64,000 nt of DNA, from positions 1-64,000 of the IMG/VR virus record IMGVR_UViG_3300023181_000004, one strand, 5' to 3'. Within the stretch, counting starts at the first letter, position 1. Each line of letters opens with the position of its first letter. The notes under the pieces are model-generated. The model worked only from the letters and a program-made list of their open reading frames with translations. It was not told the origin of the DNA and made no database searches. Shown in pieces: positions 18,120 to 28,347 of this stretch. The stretch is from a virus. The translations under genes were made by a program, and so were the position numbers.

Positions 18120-18707
18120 GTGATCGGCGTCGGCTCGCGCGTCTTCTACGTCGGGAAGAACCGAAACGATTGGCTCGGTATTCCTGCCGAGGTGACGCAC
18201 CTCACCGATAAGCGTCGCTATGCCGAACTCAAATTCGATCGCGATTGGACGGCATATGGCGTCACAAACAACTGCGGTCGCTCTGTTCCTGTCGAAGATC
18301 TCAAGGAGATTACCGTGATCAACCCCAAGCGCCCGGTGCAGACCACCGAGAACCCGCCGCGCGAGTGCCGCACCATCGGCCTGCTCGAACGTGTCGAGGG
18401 CACTGTGACGATGTTGATCGCCGTGCCGTGGAACAGCTACGATGGCATGCCGATGCGCGCACCGCAGGAGGTCGAGATCGATCTGAGCGGCAAGGTCATC
18501 AACGGCACGCATGGCACCGGCCTCACGTTCATGAACGTGCCCAAGGTCGAGAGCGGGTTCTATCCGGTCGACAAAATGGGCCTGCCCACCGGTCGTGGTC
18601 TCACTGTCCTCGCCATCGCCATGTCCGACTATCCGGGCGTCAACCAGTTCATGGAGATCGTCCGCGTCGACGGTGCTCCCACGGAGGCCAAATACCATGC
18701 ACGCTGA
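18120..18707 (+). CDS. modular early protein, paralog family A
   Basis: INPKRPVQT...DLSG...GTGLTFMNVP module shared with 19067 and 19906. Confidence 0.65.
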   Translation: MIGVGSRVFYVGKNRNDWLGIPAEVTHLTDKRRYAELKFDRDWTAYGVTNNCGRSVPVEDLKEITVINPKRPVQTTENPPRECRTIGLLERVEGTVTMLIAVPWNSYDGMPMRAPQEVEIDLSGKVINGTHGTGLTFMNVPKVESGFYPVDKMGLPTGRGLTVLAIAMSDYPGVNQFMEIVRVDGAPTEAKYHAR

Positions 18708-19066
18708 CCTCACCCTCGCGCCGAACGTGACCGATCGCACCATGCGTCGGGCGGTGATGGCCGCAGTCAAGACCGGCACGGCGACGTGCTCGGTCGGCCT
18801 CGTGGACGGCACCGTCCACGACTTCACCATCACCGAGGTGATGCACGACGCGTTGCTGGGCGCCCGTGTCGCCGCGCCGTCCAAGGCGTGCCTGATCCAG
18901 TTCTCGGGCATCACCACGATCGAGTTCGGCTGATGCGTGGACCTGCCGACATGCTCGGCCACCTCTCGGGGCCGCGACGCATCGTTCGTGAGACCCCGCT
19001 CGGGCGCATCATGGTGCCTGAGCCGCTGCGCGTTGCCCGTGTCGTCGATCCCAAGGAGATGTTCAA

Positions 19067-19909
19067 ATGTCAGGCACCAAGCTCGACCTGACGTTCCGCG
19101 TCGGCGACAAGATCAAGTTCAACCGCATTGAGGTCAACACGGCAGAACGTTTCCTTGCCCAACACGGCATGCCGGGCGAGATTGGGGCACTCGAAGGTGA
19201 GCGCGCCACCGTGCGGTGGAAACATGGGCCTCGTTTGGCAGATTACACGCAGTCGGAAATCCCGCTGCGAGACCTGAGCTTTGCTTGTCACAATCACGGC
19301 GCGCCGTTCGAGAAGATCATCCTCGACGAGGATGAGGCATACAAGGACGGCTACCACTCGGGTCTTGCAATCGGATTGGGCATGGACGGCAAATCTTTTT
19401 ACCACGCTGGCGGACCTCACGTTGGTTCGGCACCAAGCCACGGTTGCCGCCATTTGCTGCAACACTACGAGTTCGCAGAACGCAACAACGCGGCATGGCG
19501 CAAGGGCTGGGCCGCAGGACAGGAGCGCGCCAAGATGGCGAAACCACTCGACTTCACCAAGCCGTTGCGCACCGTGAAAGACCACAAGCCGGTGCATTAC
19601 GTCGGCCCGATCAATCCGGATGGTGATGACCATATGGTCAACATCGCCTACGACAACGGCCCGCCGCCGCGCTACGGACAGGTGCCGATCGCCATCGACA
19701 AGTTCGGCTCGCAGGGCCACGGCCACTACGAGAACGTCGTCGAGAACGTGCCGGTGCCGCAGACACGGTACTATGCCTTCGACACCGAGACCCGCTCGGT
19801 TATAATCGACCCCCGTGGTGTTCTCAACGTGCCGCGTAGTGATCGTCACTATCTGCGTGTCGTTTTCCTCGACGGCGTGCCGATCGAGAGCGAGCTGGTG
19901 GCGCCATGA
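19067..19909 (+). CDS. modular early protein, paralog family A
   Basis: FRVGDKI N-terminal module; LDFTKPLRT...DKFG...ENVP module. Confidence 0.7.
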   Translation: MSGTKLDLTFRVGDKIKFNRIEVNTAERFLAQHGMPGEIGALEGERATVRWKHGPRLADYTQSEIPLRDLSFACHNHGAPFEKIILDEDEAYKDGYHSGLAIGLGMDGKSFYHAGGPHVGSAPSHGCRHLLQHYEFAERNNAAWRKGWAAGQERAKMAKPLDFTKPLRTVKDHKPVHYVGPINPDGDDHMVNIAYDNGPPPRYGQVPIAIDKFGSQGHGHYENVVENVPVPQTRYYAFDTETRSVIIDPRGVLNVPRSDRHYLRVVFLDGVPIESELVAP

Positions 19910-20634
19910 GCAGCGACATGTGCCGCCGCGAGCGTATTCGCTACCAAGGTCAGCTGGGGTGGACCCATTATATCCACCACGATTACATTAACCTTCGCCT
20001 TGACAGCGGTGTTAATCATAGCATCGTTCGTCCAGCAGACGTAGAGTTCGTCACGACGATCGACTGGACCCAGCCGATCGAGTTGGACGACGGCACCCCG
20101 CTGGTCATTCGTAATCCGAACCAAAACGAGCTGTTCGTTGATATTCGCTGCGGGGTCGCCCACGCGCATCCTGCCTTCCCGATCGGTAAGTTTGTCGGGT
20201 CGGCACGGCGCGAAGACGGTCTCGTTATTTCCAACCACAAATATCATGTGAGGAACCGCATCATCATGGCCATTCCCATCAACACTGACGAGCCGCTTGA
20301 ATACGTCTCGGGCACTGAGACGGCTGTTGCCTCGTTCATTACCATCACAAGTGAGGGTCACATCCTCGTCGGACGCGGTGTGGGCCTTGCTGAGAGCCTC
20401 GACTGGTGCATCTTCGACAAGGCCGGCAAGTTCGTTCGCAGCAGCAACGGCCAAGGCACTGGCCTGACTTTGCGCAACAAAATCAACAAGATCGTCCGCA
20501 AGTACAAGGTCGAGACCACGCCGCGCGGCAATTTGCAGTTCATCGAATGTCGGTCCTTCCCGGAAGGCGCCGATTTCGAAGTCGTAACGGAAGGCGACCG
20601 CGTTGTGTCGATCACGCCGAGGGCCGGTCTGTGA
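19906..20634 (+). CDS. modular early protein, paralog family A (two module copies)
   Basis: IDWTQPIE...RN and INTDEPLE...DKAG...GTGLTLRN. Confidence 0.7.
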   Translation: MSSDMCRRERIRYQGQLGWTHYIHHDYINLRLDSGVNHSIVRPADVEFVTTIDWTQPIELDDGTPLVIRNPNQNELFVDIRCGVAHAHPAFPIGKFVGSARREDGLVISNHKYHVRNRIIMAIPINTDEPLEYVSGTETAVASFITITSEGHILVGRGVGLAESLDWCIFDKAGKFVRSSNGQGTGLTLRNKINKIVRKYKVETTPRGNLQFIECRSFPEGADFEVVTEGDRVVSITPRAGL

Positions 20635-20984
20635 CGGTCCTCACAACGGAAGGTCTGGCCGATGCGCTGGGATGCTTCTGGAACGCAGCGATTGGAGCTG
20701 CGCACACGCAGCAGGAGGGCATGGCGACCGCAGCGATCATGGCCGAAGGAATTGCTGCGGTGCAGCACAGGCTCGAAGAACAGAGCGCTGATGATCGCAT
20801 TCAGAAGGCGATCGACATGGCTGTCCAGCACGGCGGCCACGACGGCGCGCACCACAAGGACTGGGTGATCGACCAGATGGTTCGCATCCTTGCAGGCGAT
20901 CGCTACGATCAGATCGTGGCGGAAGCCCGCAGTGGTGAGGACGGCCCCGAAACCTATGATTGGGAGATAGGCATTGCCCCATAA
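20631..20984 (+). CDS. hypothetical phage protein (DGAHHKDWVIDQMVR...GIAP)
   Basis: GTGA coupling; His-rich motif. Confidence 0.65.
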   Translation: MTVLTTEGLADALGCFWNAAIGAAHTQQEGMATAAIMAEGIAAVQHRLEEQSADDRIQKAIDMAVQHGGHDGAHHKDWVIDQMVRILAGDRYDQIVAEARSGEDGPETYDWEIGIAP

Positions 20985-21444
20985 CATTTTCCTGCCGCCG
21001 CTCGATAGCCAGTGGCGCTTCGGCGCCGACTGGACGCCGACTGGCGAGTTCCTCTCATCCTCCTACAACGAGGAGACCTTGTGGGGTTGGAGTGGGCGTT
21101 ATTCCGGCTCGATCGAAGCATGGAAGAAGGCCACCGGCGACAACACCAACGACGATGCCCACGCGCCGGGCGGGTGGCTTGATCGGCTGCGGACGTGGGA
21201 GGCCAAGTTCAAGGAAGAATATGGCACGCCCGAGTTCGTCGCTGGGACCATCTTCCAGATGGAACGCTATCACATCAGCCGCTCGGGCGAGGATCAAATC
21301 ACCGTCAAGGTGCTGTTGTCGCCCGACAAGCGGCTCACGCCCAAGAAGCAGGGCGGCATCATGCGCGGCGCCGGTCGGTTATATTTCAGCCTCGCGCAGT
21401 TCAACACGCTGCCAGATTTGGAGCAAGTCCATGACCTGTCTTGA
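20974..21444 (+). CDS. hypothetical protein, paralog of 41288
   Basis: RYH and LTPKKxGG motifs shared with 41288-41671. Confidence 0.65.
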   Translation: MPHNIFLPPLDSQWRFGADWTPTGEFLSSSYNEETLWGWSGRYSGSIEAWKKATGDNTNDDAHAPGGWLDRLRTWEAKFKEEYGTPEFVAGTIFQMERYHISRSGEDQITVKVLLSPDKRLTPKKQGGIMRGAGRLYFSLAQFNTLPDLEQVHDLS

Positions 21445-22093
21445 AGAAGTCACGGCGCTTTGCGTGACGCTCGGTCTTTCGACCGACTACGACGAGAAGC
21501 AGACAGCGCCGATCGGCAACGGAACGACGCAGTCTCAGACGATCGAGAGCCACGCTGGGCGGCTGACGCGCCGACTGGAAGAGCACCTCGGCCTGATCCC
21601 GCAGGGGCAGCTCGGCGTGCGCGTTCGCGCTATCAAGACGATCCTTTCGTCGCCGCTTGGCAAGGCGGTAAAAAGCAAAGCGCGGATCATCCTGTTCACC
21701 GGCCATTACAGCCCCGCGCTGTGTCGTCTCCATCCCGATCTGCTGTTCGTCTTCGGCGACAACACGATCCGCGAGGGCTGCGGCGGGCAGGCGGCGATCC
21801 GGCGCGAGCCGAACGCTGTCGGCGTGGCGACGAAATGTTTGCCATCGAGCAATCCCGACGCGTTTTTCAAGGACGGCTACCCCGCCGACATGGGCGTGGT
21901 CTGCGAAGATCTGATGCGTCTGGAGATGAAGATCAAGGACGGCAAGCGCGTCGTCCTGCCCATGACGCCTGAGGGTCGCATCAGCCTCGGATGCGGCCTC
22001 GCCAATCTGCCCTACCATGCACCGCTCATCTACATGATGATCGAACGCTGGTTTGGTCGGATGACCAAGATGTACCCCTCGACCGGAGCATAA
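21431..22093 (+). CDS. FVFGDN-motif protein, possibly macrodomain-like
   Basis: LFVFGDN...GGQAAIRREPNAVGVATK...LGCGLA. Confidence 0.5.
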   Translation: MTCLEEVTALCVTLGLSTDYDEKQTAPIGNGTTQSQTIESHAGRLTRRLEEHLGLIPQGQLGVRVRAIKTILSSPLGKAVKSKARIILFTGHYSPALCRLHPDLLFVFGDNTIREGCGGQAAIRREPNAVGVATKCLPSSNPDAFFKDGYPADMGVVCEDLMRLEMKIKDGKRVVLPMTPEGRISLGCGLANLPYHAPLIYMMIERWFGRMTKMYPSTGA

Positions 22094-22097
22094 TCCC

Positions 22098-24068
22098 ATG
22101 ACCTTCAAGACCTTCGCCGCCGCAGTCCACGCTCAGTACGAGCGCATGTCGAAGCACGAGCTGTTCGTGGTCGACACCGGCGATCTTTTCGAGACGTATC
22201 TCGCCGCCTTCCCCGAAGGCACGGACCCGATCTACCGCGTTCGCACCGTCCACGATTGCAACGCCGACAAGAACTTCATCCGCCGCCTTGGCAATCTGAT
22301 CATGCTCGGTGACAACGGCGAGCGTATTTCGGTGTGGGACTGGGTCGGCGCTCTGCCTTATCCCTACGACCTCGTCGCAGTCCGCCTGTCGAACGTCGTT
22401 CAGCAGGCACCGATTAAGTCGGTCTTCCGCACCAAGGAGAAGCTGTTCGGCAGCGCGCCGAACCGCGACAACCACGACGAGTCGATCGTGTGGGACCACT
22501 TCATGGGCAAGGTCGCCAGCCGTCACCACAGCACGACGCCAGACAAGCTGCGCGGCGAGCGCGACGCCATCGCGCAGGTGCTGCACCGCGGTCTCGACGA
22601 GCTGAACGCCTCCGACATGGAGACCGTGCTCGACCTGATCGAGGCCAAGGCGTTGTACCGTGGTGAAGAGCACGTCGCGTCGATCAAGGGCTTCCGCCAG
22701 TTGCAGGCCGGCTACGTCACGGCAGCGGATCGCGATGCCTTCGTGTGGTCGCATCTGGATGACCGGAACGCGCGCTTCCGCAATACGGTGATCGGCACGC
22801 TGCTGACCGACCTCGCCGAGGGCGTCGAGCTGGAGAAGGCCGTCAAGAAGTTCGAGGCGAAGGTGGCGCCCGAGAACTACAAGCGTCCCACCGCGCTCAT
22901 CACGCCGAAGATGATCGAGCAGGCGGTCGAGACGCTCAACACGCTCGGCCTGACCGACGCCATCGAGCGCCGCTACGCGGTGATCGAGGATGTGGCCGTG
23001 GGCGACGTGCTGTTCGTCGACAACGAGGTGCGCGGCAAGATGAAGGGCGGCCTCGCCGATCTGCTGATGAGCAGCGCTAAGGTCAAGAGCTTGGCCTATG
23101 ATCTTGCCTACAGCGCTCCGATCTCGATCGAGGACTTCATGGCGCTCGGCTCGAAGAAGATCGAGCTAGTGGTCGGCAACGACCAGCTGCGCAACTTCGT
23201 CAGCCTCACCGCACCGGTCCACGCCGACAGCGGCCTGTTGTTCAAGTGGAACAATGAGTTCGCATGGATGTACGACGGCGAGCTGGCCGACACTGGCATG
23301 CGTGAACGTGTCAAGGCGGCGGGCGGTAAGGTCGACGGTGAAATGCGCGTCAGCCTCGGGTGGTTCAACGGTGACGATCTCGATCTTCATTGTGACCTGC
23401 CGAACCGTCAACATGTTTATTTCCACAATAAGATGGGCATTCTCGATATCGACATGAACGCCGGTGGTCCGCGCAATTCGGTTGATCCGGTCGAGAACAT
23501 GGCATGGGCGCGTGTGCCGGTGGATGGCGATTATAAATTCACCGTCAATCAGTACACACAGCGGACCCGTGACAAGGTCGGATTCAATCTGGAGATCGAG
23601 GTGCTCGGCCAGCTGACCCAGCTGTCCTACGGCAAGAACATGCCGACCGGCACGAATATCACCGTGACCGTGACGATCAAGGACGGCAAGCTGGCCGGTA
23701 TCAAGCATGGCTCGGATATAACCAGCACGAGCGCACCGACCGAGAAGTGGGGCGTCAAGACGCTCACGCCGATCCGCGTCGACACCATCATGCTGTCGCC
23801 CAACTATTGGGACGGCGCTGGCGGCATCGGCAATCGCCACTGGTTCTTCATGCTAGACGGCGTGAAGAACCCCGAGGCCACCCGTGGCTTCGTCAACGAG
23901 TACCTGCGTGGGTCGCTTGACCCGCACCGGAAGGTCTTCGAGGTTCTGTCCTCCAAGACCAAGTGCCCGCCGTCCGACAGGCAGCTGTCTGGCGTCGGTT
24001 TTTCGTCAACCCGCGGTGACAAGGTGATCGCTATCGCCGATGGCCGCACGTATGAGGTGAAGTTCTGA
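22098..24068 (+). CDS. large phage protein with YfaP/DUF2135-like domain
   Basis: 656 aa; VSLGWFNGDDLDLH...LDIDMN...PVENM motif; ENYKRP. Confidence 0.7.
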   Translation: MTFKTFAAAVHAQYERMSKHELFVVDTGDLFETYLAAFPEGTDPIYRVRTVHDCNADKNFIRRLGNLIMLGDNGERISVWDWVGALPYPYDLVAVRLSNVVQQAPIKSVFRTKEKLFGSAPNRDNHDESIVWDHFMGKVASRHHSTTPDKLRGERDAIAQVLHRGLDELNASDMETVLDLIEAKALYRGEEHVASIKGFRQLQAGYVTAADRDAFVWSHLDDRNARFRNTVIGTLLTDLAEGVELEKAVKKFEAKVAPENYKRPTALITPKMIEQAVETLNTLGLTDAIERRYAVIEDVAVGDVLFVDNEVRGKMKGGLADLLMSSAKVKSLAYDLAYSAPISIEDFMALGSKKIELVVGNDQLRNFVSLTAPVHADSGLLFKWNNEFAWMYDGELADTGMRERVKAAGGKVDGEMRVSLGWFNGDDLDLHCDLPNRQHVYFHNKMGILDIDMNAGGPRNSVDPVENMAWARVPVDGDYKFTVNQYTQRTRDKVGFNLEIEVLGQLTQLSYGKNMPTGTNITVTVTIKDGKLAGIKHGSDITSTSAPTEKWGVKTLTPIRVDTIMLSPNYWDGAGGIGNRHWFFMLDGVKNPEATRGFVNEYLRGSLDPHRKVFEVLSSKTKCPPSDRQLSGVGFSSTRGDKVIAIADGRTYEVKF

Positions 24069-24478
24069 TGCCCAACATCTTCGAGACCGCCGCGCGCAAG
24101 CAGTTCCGCTTCCGCTCGGCCGCCGGCCTGCTCACGACCGAGCAGCTGTTCGGCCTGCCGCTGACCTCGACCACGGGGAAGGCCAACCTGAACGACATTG
24201 CCGTCGGCATCGCCGATGAACTCGACAAGACCGGCGCGCGCTCGTTCGTCACCACCGCCAAGACCGACCCGGCCAAGGTCGAGCTGAACGAGAAGCTGGA
24301 GGTGGTCAAGTTCGTGATCGCCGATCGCGAGGCGGCCAACGCGGACGCGGCCACGAAGGCCGAGAAGCGCCGCCAGCGCGACGTCCTGCTCGATGCGATC
24401 GCTGCGGCGGACGCCCGCGAACTGGGCGCCAAGTCCGGCGACGAGCTGCGCAAGCAGCTGGCCGCGCTGGACGACTAG
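24068..24478 (+). CDS. helical partner protein of 22098
   Basis: FRFRSAAGLLTTEQLFGLPL N-terminus, coiled-coil C-terminus, TGATG coupling. Confidence 0.7.
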   Translation: MPNIFETAARKQFRFRSAAGLLTTEQLFGLPLTSTTGKANLNDIAVGIADELDKTGARSFVTTAKTDPAKVELNEKLEVVKFVIADREAANADAATKAEKRRQRDVLLDAIAAADARELGAKSGDELRKQLAALDD

Positions 24479-24482
24479 GGTC

Positions 24483-25091
24483 ATGGACCCGAACAATGGT
24501 CGCTACCTGATGGTGGGTAGCGACTGCGTCTACGAGGGAGGCCTTGCCTCCCTCGTCGGCAAGACCTGCACCATCACCAAGCTGACCTCGCCTCGGCGCG
24601 GTTCGGCGAACAAGCACCTCGTGCTTGCCCGTTTCGATTACGACGCTCGGGAGCGCGTCGTAGATATTCGCAACCTCGCTCCCAAGGGAAGTCCAATGTC
24701 CAAGCTCGCAAACTTCAAGACCCTCGTCAGCACCGCCATCACGGCGCTGCTCAAGCCCCTCGACGCCGACAGCGCCAAGGAACAGGCCGTGCGCAAGCTC
24801 GGCGTCGCGGCGGAGATCGTCCGCATGGGCGAAGCCGCCAAGAAGAAGGCCAAGACCGAACTGACCACGCTCGGCATCATCACCGGTGACGTGCAGAACG
24901 GCGTGGTCTTCGACAGCCCTCGCTACGTCGTCACCGCGACGACCAAGGCGGCCAGCAGCCGCATCGACGCGGCGCTGATCGAAGATGCACTGGTGCGCGA
25001 AGGCGTCTCCGCCGCCGGCCGTCGGCGTTTCATCAGCGCCGTCACGGTCGAGAGCAAGGCTGCGACGTCGTTCGCAGTCGAGTCCAAGTAA
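24483..25091 (+). CDS. hypothetical protein (possible internal start at 24696)
   Basis: open frame with strong codon bias in the distal part. Confidence 0.55.
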   Translation: MDPNNGRYLMVGSDCVYEGGLASLVGKTCTITKLTSPRRGSANKHLVLARFDYDARERVVDIRNLAPKGSPMSKLANFKTLVSTAITALLKPLDADSAKEQAVRKLGVAAEIVRMGEAAKKKAKTELTTLGIITGDVQNGVVFDSPRYVVTATTKAASSRIDAALIEDALVREGVSAAGRRRFISAVTVESKAATSFAVESK

Positions 25092-25098
25092 CCACCTA

Positions 25099-25143
25099 GG
25101 GTGACGCAGTATTCGCTGCGTCACCCAAAGTACAGGGTAGTGT
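25099..25143. promoter_or_regulatory. 11-bp perfect hairpin abutting 17-bp site (6 of 12)
   Basis: GGGTGACGCAG-TATTCG-CTGCGTCACCC then AAAGTAC-AGG-GTAGTGT at 25127. Confidence 0.6.
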
Positions 25144-25340
25144 CATGCAACACAGCTATACCGCCTTTCACCGCCCTGTTATCCGAGCCGGCGTCAACGG
25201 TCCGGACCCGCTGCCGCTGGCCGCTTGGACCCGCAGCTGGGCCGAGGCCCGTCAGATCCTCTTGAACGCGGGGCTTGCGTTCTATGTCTACGGCATCTTG
25301 GTAATCCTGCCACATGCCGATATTGAAATGGAGATTACCT

Positions 25341-25658
25341 ATGGGTAGCAAACGCTTCCAGCACATCAAGACGCTGCAGGCCGCGGTCTTGGCCGGCGAC
25401 AAGCTGGCCGCCAAGGCTCTCGAAGCACTCCTGTTCGTCCCGCATCATCTCCGCCGGGCGCGCGGCGGTCTGCGTCTCCGCTCGGGGTATAGCGGACACG
25501 CTGATAATGCGTATCCGAAGCCTGCCTTCAAGCAAGGCTTGATGGTGACCGCCAAGACGTTGCAGGCGCGCAAGACCATCGACACCATCACGATCTCGCC
25601 GGACTACGGTCTCGATCGTCTGCAGATGCTCAAGACCCGACGGGAGGCGCGCGCATGA
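25341..25658 (+). CDS. basic hypothetical protein
   Basis: GGAG RBS. Confidence 0.6.
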   Translation: MGSKRFQHIKTLQAAVLAGDKLAAKALEALLFVPHHLRRARGGLRLRSGYSGHADNAYPKPAFKQGLMVTAKTLQARKTIDTITISPDYGLDRLQMLKTRREARA

Positions 25659-26017
25659 TCGCCACAAACGAGCTTCACGCCGGCCTTCTCCTCGAAAAGG
25701 ATCTGCCTCACCGGCAGATGGCGCTCGAACTTCTCGACGCTTTGCGCGCCGAGAAGACCGTCCACTTCATCTACGACCGCAAGATCCGCGTCGTCGAGGT
25801 TCACGCGCTCGGCACCAGCGTCAAGGACGCCTCGCTGGTGATGCGCGGCTATCAGGTGGCCGGTGTCGCCAGCCGCCCGCTGCCGCAGTGGACGTTGTTC
25901 TCGATCGCCAAGATCGACGCCATGACCGTCGGCCCCGAGGCCAGTCAGGCGCCGCGCGAGGGCTACAGCCAGGGTGATAAGCAGATGCAGATCATCCTCG
26001 CTGAACTGGCGCTGTGA
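25655..26017 (+). CDS. stand-alone WYL-domain protein
   Basis: VHFIYD..RVVEVHALG...RGYQ...WTLFSIAKI WYL pattern, GYxxGDKxM tail. Confidence 0.75.
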   Translation: MIATNELHAGLLLEKDLPHRQMALELLDALRAEKTVHFIYDRKIRVVEVHALGTSVKDASLVMRGYQVAGVASRPLPQWTLFSIAKIDAMTVGPEASQAPREGYSQGDKQMQIILAELAL

Positions 26018-26170
26018 AACGCGACCACGGAAGCCCGCAGTGGCTGGCCTCCGTGGCACGCCTTGGTGTTGAGGTCGTGTTTTCTGGCCACGTCGACCCG
26101 GATTTCGACGACGACAATGACAAGGCGCTCACCGGGGAGTGCCTTGACCATCTTCACAGAAGGATCCACC

Positions 26171-28279
26171 ATGCAGCTCGAACAAGTTCGCCGTGACGTT
26201 AGCTCGGCCGGCACGATGCAGGTCGCCAAGGCGACCATCAAGGCCACCCCCAAGATCTTCGACATGTTCGCCAACGACACGTATGCGAACAAGCCGCTCG
26301 CGATCATGCGCGAGTTGGTTGCTAACGGCATCGACGCGATGCGAACGGTCAATCCCAATCGTCCTGTCGAGGTGAAGCTGCCGACGCCGCTCGATCCCAC
26401 CTGCGTGATCCGCGACTTTGGCATCGGCATGTCCCACGATTTCGTCATGGGGCCGTTCATGGCCTACACCGATGGGTCGACCAAGGACAAGTCCGACGAC
26501 GATATTGGCGGGTTCGGTATCGGTTCCAAGTCGCCGTTCTCCTACGTCGATCAATACACGCTGCGCGTCGTTCATGAGAGCGTGCTGTCGGTCTACACCA
26601 TGTTCAAGGACGAGGACGGTATCCCGGCCATCGGCCTGCAGGCGCAGACCACCACGGACGAGCCAAACGGCGTCGAGGTCAGCTTCCCCGTCGAGGACGC
26701 GGACATGCAGACGTTCGCCGACGCTGCGCAGGAAGCGCTTCAATACTTTCGGCCGCTGCCGCTCGTCACCAACGGTACTTTGAACCCGCCCGACTATACT
26801 TACGTCGGAAACAACTGGTCTATGCGTGCCAAGGCCGGTCCGCTCGGCATCATCATGGGCGGCGTGCGCTACCCGGCGGTGACGGCGAGCCTTGGCTATG
26901 AGCTGCGCAACGATCAGCGCCTCAAGCCGCTGCTGGAATATGGTCTCGACCTGATCCTGCCGCTCGGCTCGTGTGGCATCGCGATGAGCCGTGAGCAGCT
27001 GTCGTATATCCCGAAAACAACGGCCAACATCAGCAAGGCGCTGTCGGCGGTGATCGATGACGTGATCGCGACGTTCTCCAACTTCTTCGACAACGCGTCG
27101 TCGGAGTGGGAAGCGATGTCGCTTCTGGCGACCGAGACCGGCTACACGAACAGCGGCAGTCGTTCGGGTCGCGCACAGCTGTTGCTCTCGAACGCCAAAT
27201 ACAAGGGCGAGAAGCTGGAAACCAGCTTCCGCGTCGATGCGGGTGATTTCCGCCGGCTCGGCATCGCCGGTGACGAGATCAAGGCGTGGGCGATCGAACC
27301 GCAGCGTTCGCGTCGCACCAGCAACTGCCCGTCGCCGAAGTGGGGCACGCTCGTCGAGCTGTACGGCATCACTCCAGCCGAAATCGAGAAGGTCATTATC
27401 GATGACCTGCCGCAGTCGCCCAAATCGAAGACCACGGCGCGTATCCGTGATTACGTCACTGTGCAGCCGCAAGCCAAGCGCATCCTCGTCATCCGTGGCA
27501 AGGATGAGAAGCAGGTCGAGGTGATTAAGAAGCTGCTGCGCGATCCCAGCGACGTCATCCTCACGTCGACGCTGCCCGAGCCGGTCAAGGCTGCACCGAA
27601 GGTCAAGTCGGCGCGTCCCCGCGTTCGCATGTTCACCTTCAACGGATCGACCGATCGTTTCACGCATCAGCAGATCCGAAACCTCACGCCTGCTTCCAGT
27701 AAGCGTGACGCCGTGAAGGAGATCCCCTACGTCGATCAGCCGGCAGCGGGCATCATGGTCGTGATGAACAGCTTCGATCTGCCGAATGAGTTCCATAAGC
27801 AAATGGCCACGGGTCTCGTCAAATACGATGAGCTGCACTTCGTCAACATCGCCGACGAGCCGAAGCTCAAGGCGACGTTCGAGAACTTTGACGTCGTGTT
27901 CGCGGAGCGTCTGGCCAAGGCGCTGGCCGTTTATCCCGAGCTTCCCCAGCGCCTCGCGCTGTCGAAGGACGAACATCTGCAGCGATTTGCCAACGTGTTC
28001 GAGAAGATCACGAACGATCGCCGCTATACCGATTTGCCTTCCGCAGCGAAGAGCCGGCCGTTCGGCAAGCTCTACGAGGCGTGGCGGCAATATGTGCGAC
28101 CGCTGACGTCGGAGCAGCATCGTCTCGCTCCGTTCGTCAAGGCCGTGCTCCCCGCCGGTGTCGATCCCAAGGCCTTGGCCGAGGCGATCGACGTCAAGCA
28201 GCGCGAGGTTCGTATCCTCGTGAATGCGCTCAAATTGGAGGACGCGGAGCACCGCGCCATCTTGTTTAAGCACCTGTAA
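26171..28279 (+). CDS. rIIA: rIIA-like protein (GHKL ATPase N-terminus)
   Basis: YANKPLAIMRELVANGID, IRDFGIGM, GGFGIGSKSPFSY, EPNGVEVSFPV. Confidence 0.9.
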   Translation: MQLEQVRRDVSSAGTMQVAKATIKATPKIFDMFANDTYANKPLAIMRELVANGIDAMRTVNPNRPVEVKLPTPLDPTCVIRDFGIGMSHDFVMGPFMAYTDGSTKDKSDDDIGGFGIGSKSPFSYVDQYTLRVVHESVLSVYTMFKDEDGIPAIGLQAQTTTDEPNGVEVSFPVEDADMQTFADAAQEALQYFRPLPLVTNGTLNPPDYTYVGNNWSMRAKAGPLGIIMGGVRYPAVTASLGYELRNDQRLKPLLEYGLDLILPLGSCGIAMSREQLSYIPKTTANISKALSAVIDDVIATFSNFFDNASSEWEAMSLLATETGYTNSGSRSGRAQLLLSNAKYKGEKLETSFRVDAGDFRRLGIAGDEIKAWAIEPQRSRRTSNCPSPKWGTLVELYGITPAEIEKVIIDDLPQSPKSKTTARIRDYVTVQPQAKRILVIRGKDEKQVEVIKKLLRDPSDVILTSTLPEPVKAAPKVKSARPRVRMFTFNGSTDRFTHQQIRNLTPASSKRDAVKEIPYVDQPAAGIMVVMNSFDLPNEFHKQMATGLVKYDELHFVNIADEPKLKATFENFDVVFAERLAKALAVYPELPQRLALSKDEHLQRFANVFEKITNDRRYTDLPSAAKSRPFGKLYEAWRQYVRPLTSEQHRLAPFVKAVLPAGVDPKALAEAIDVKQREVRILVNALKLEDAEHRAILFKHL

Positions 28280-28347
28280 GCGTATATGTACCGAGCCGCG
28301 GCGGCTTCCGCGGCACTACCGATCTTGAACCAAAACTGGAGAATATC

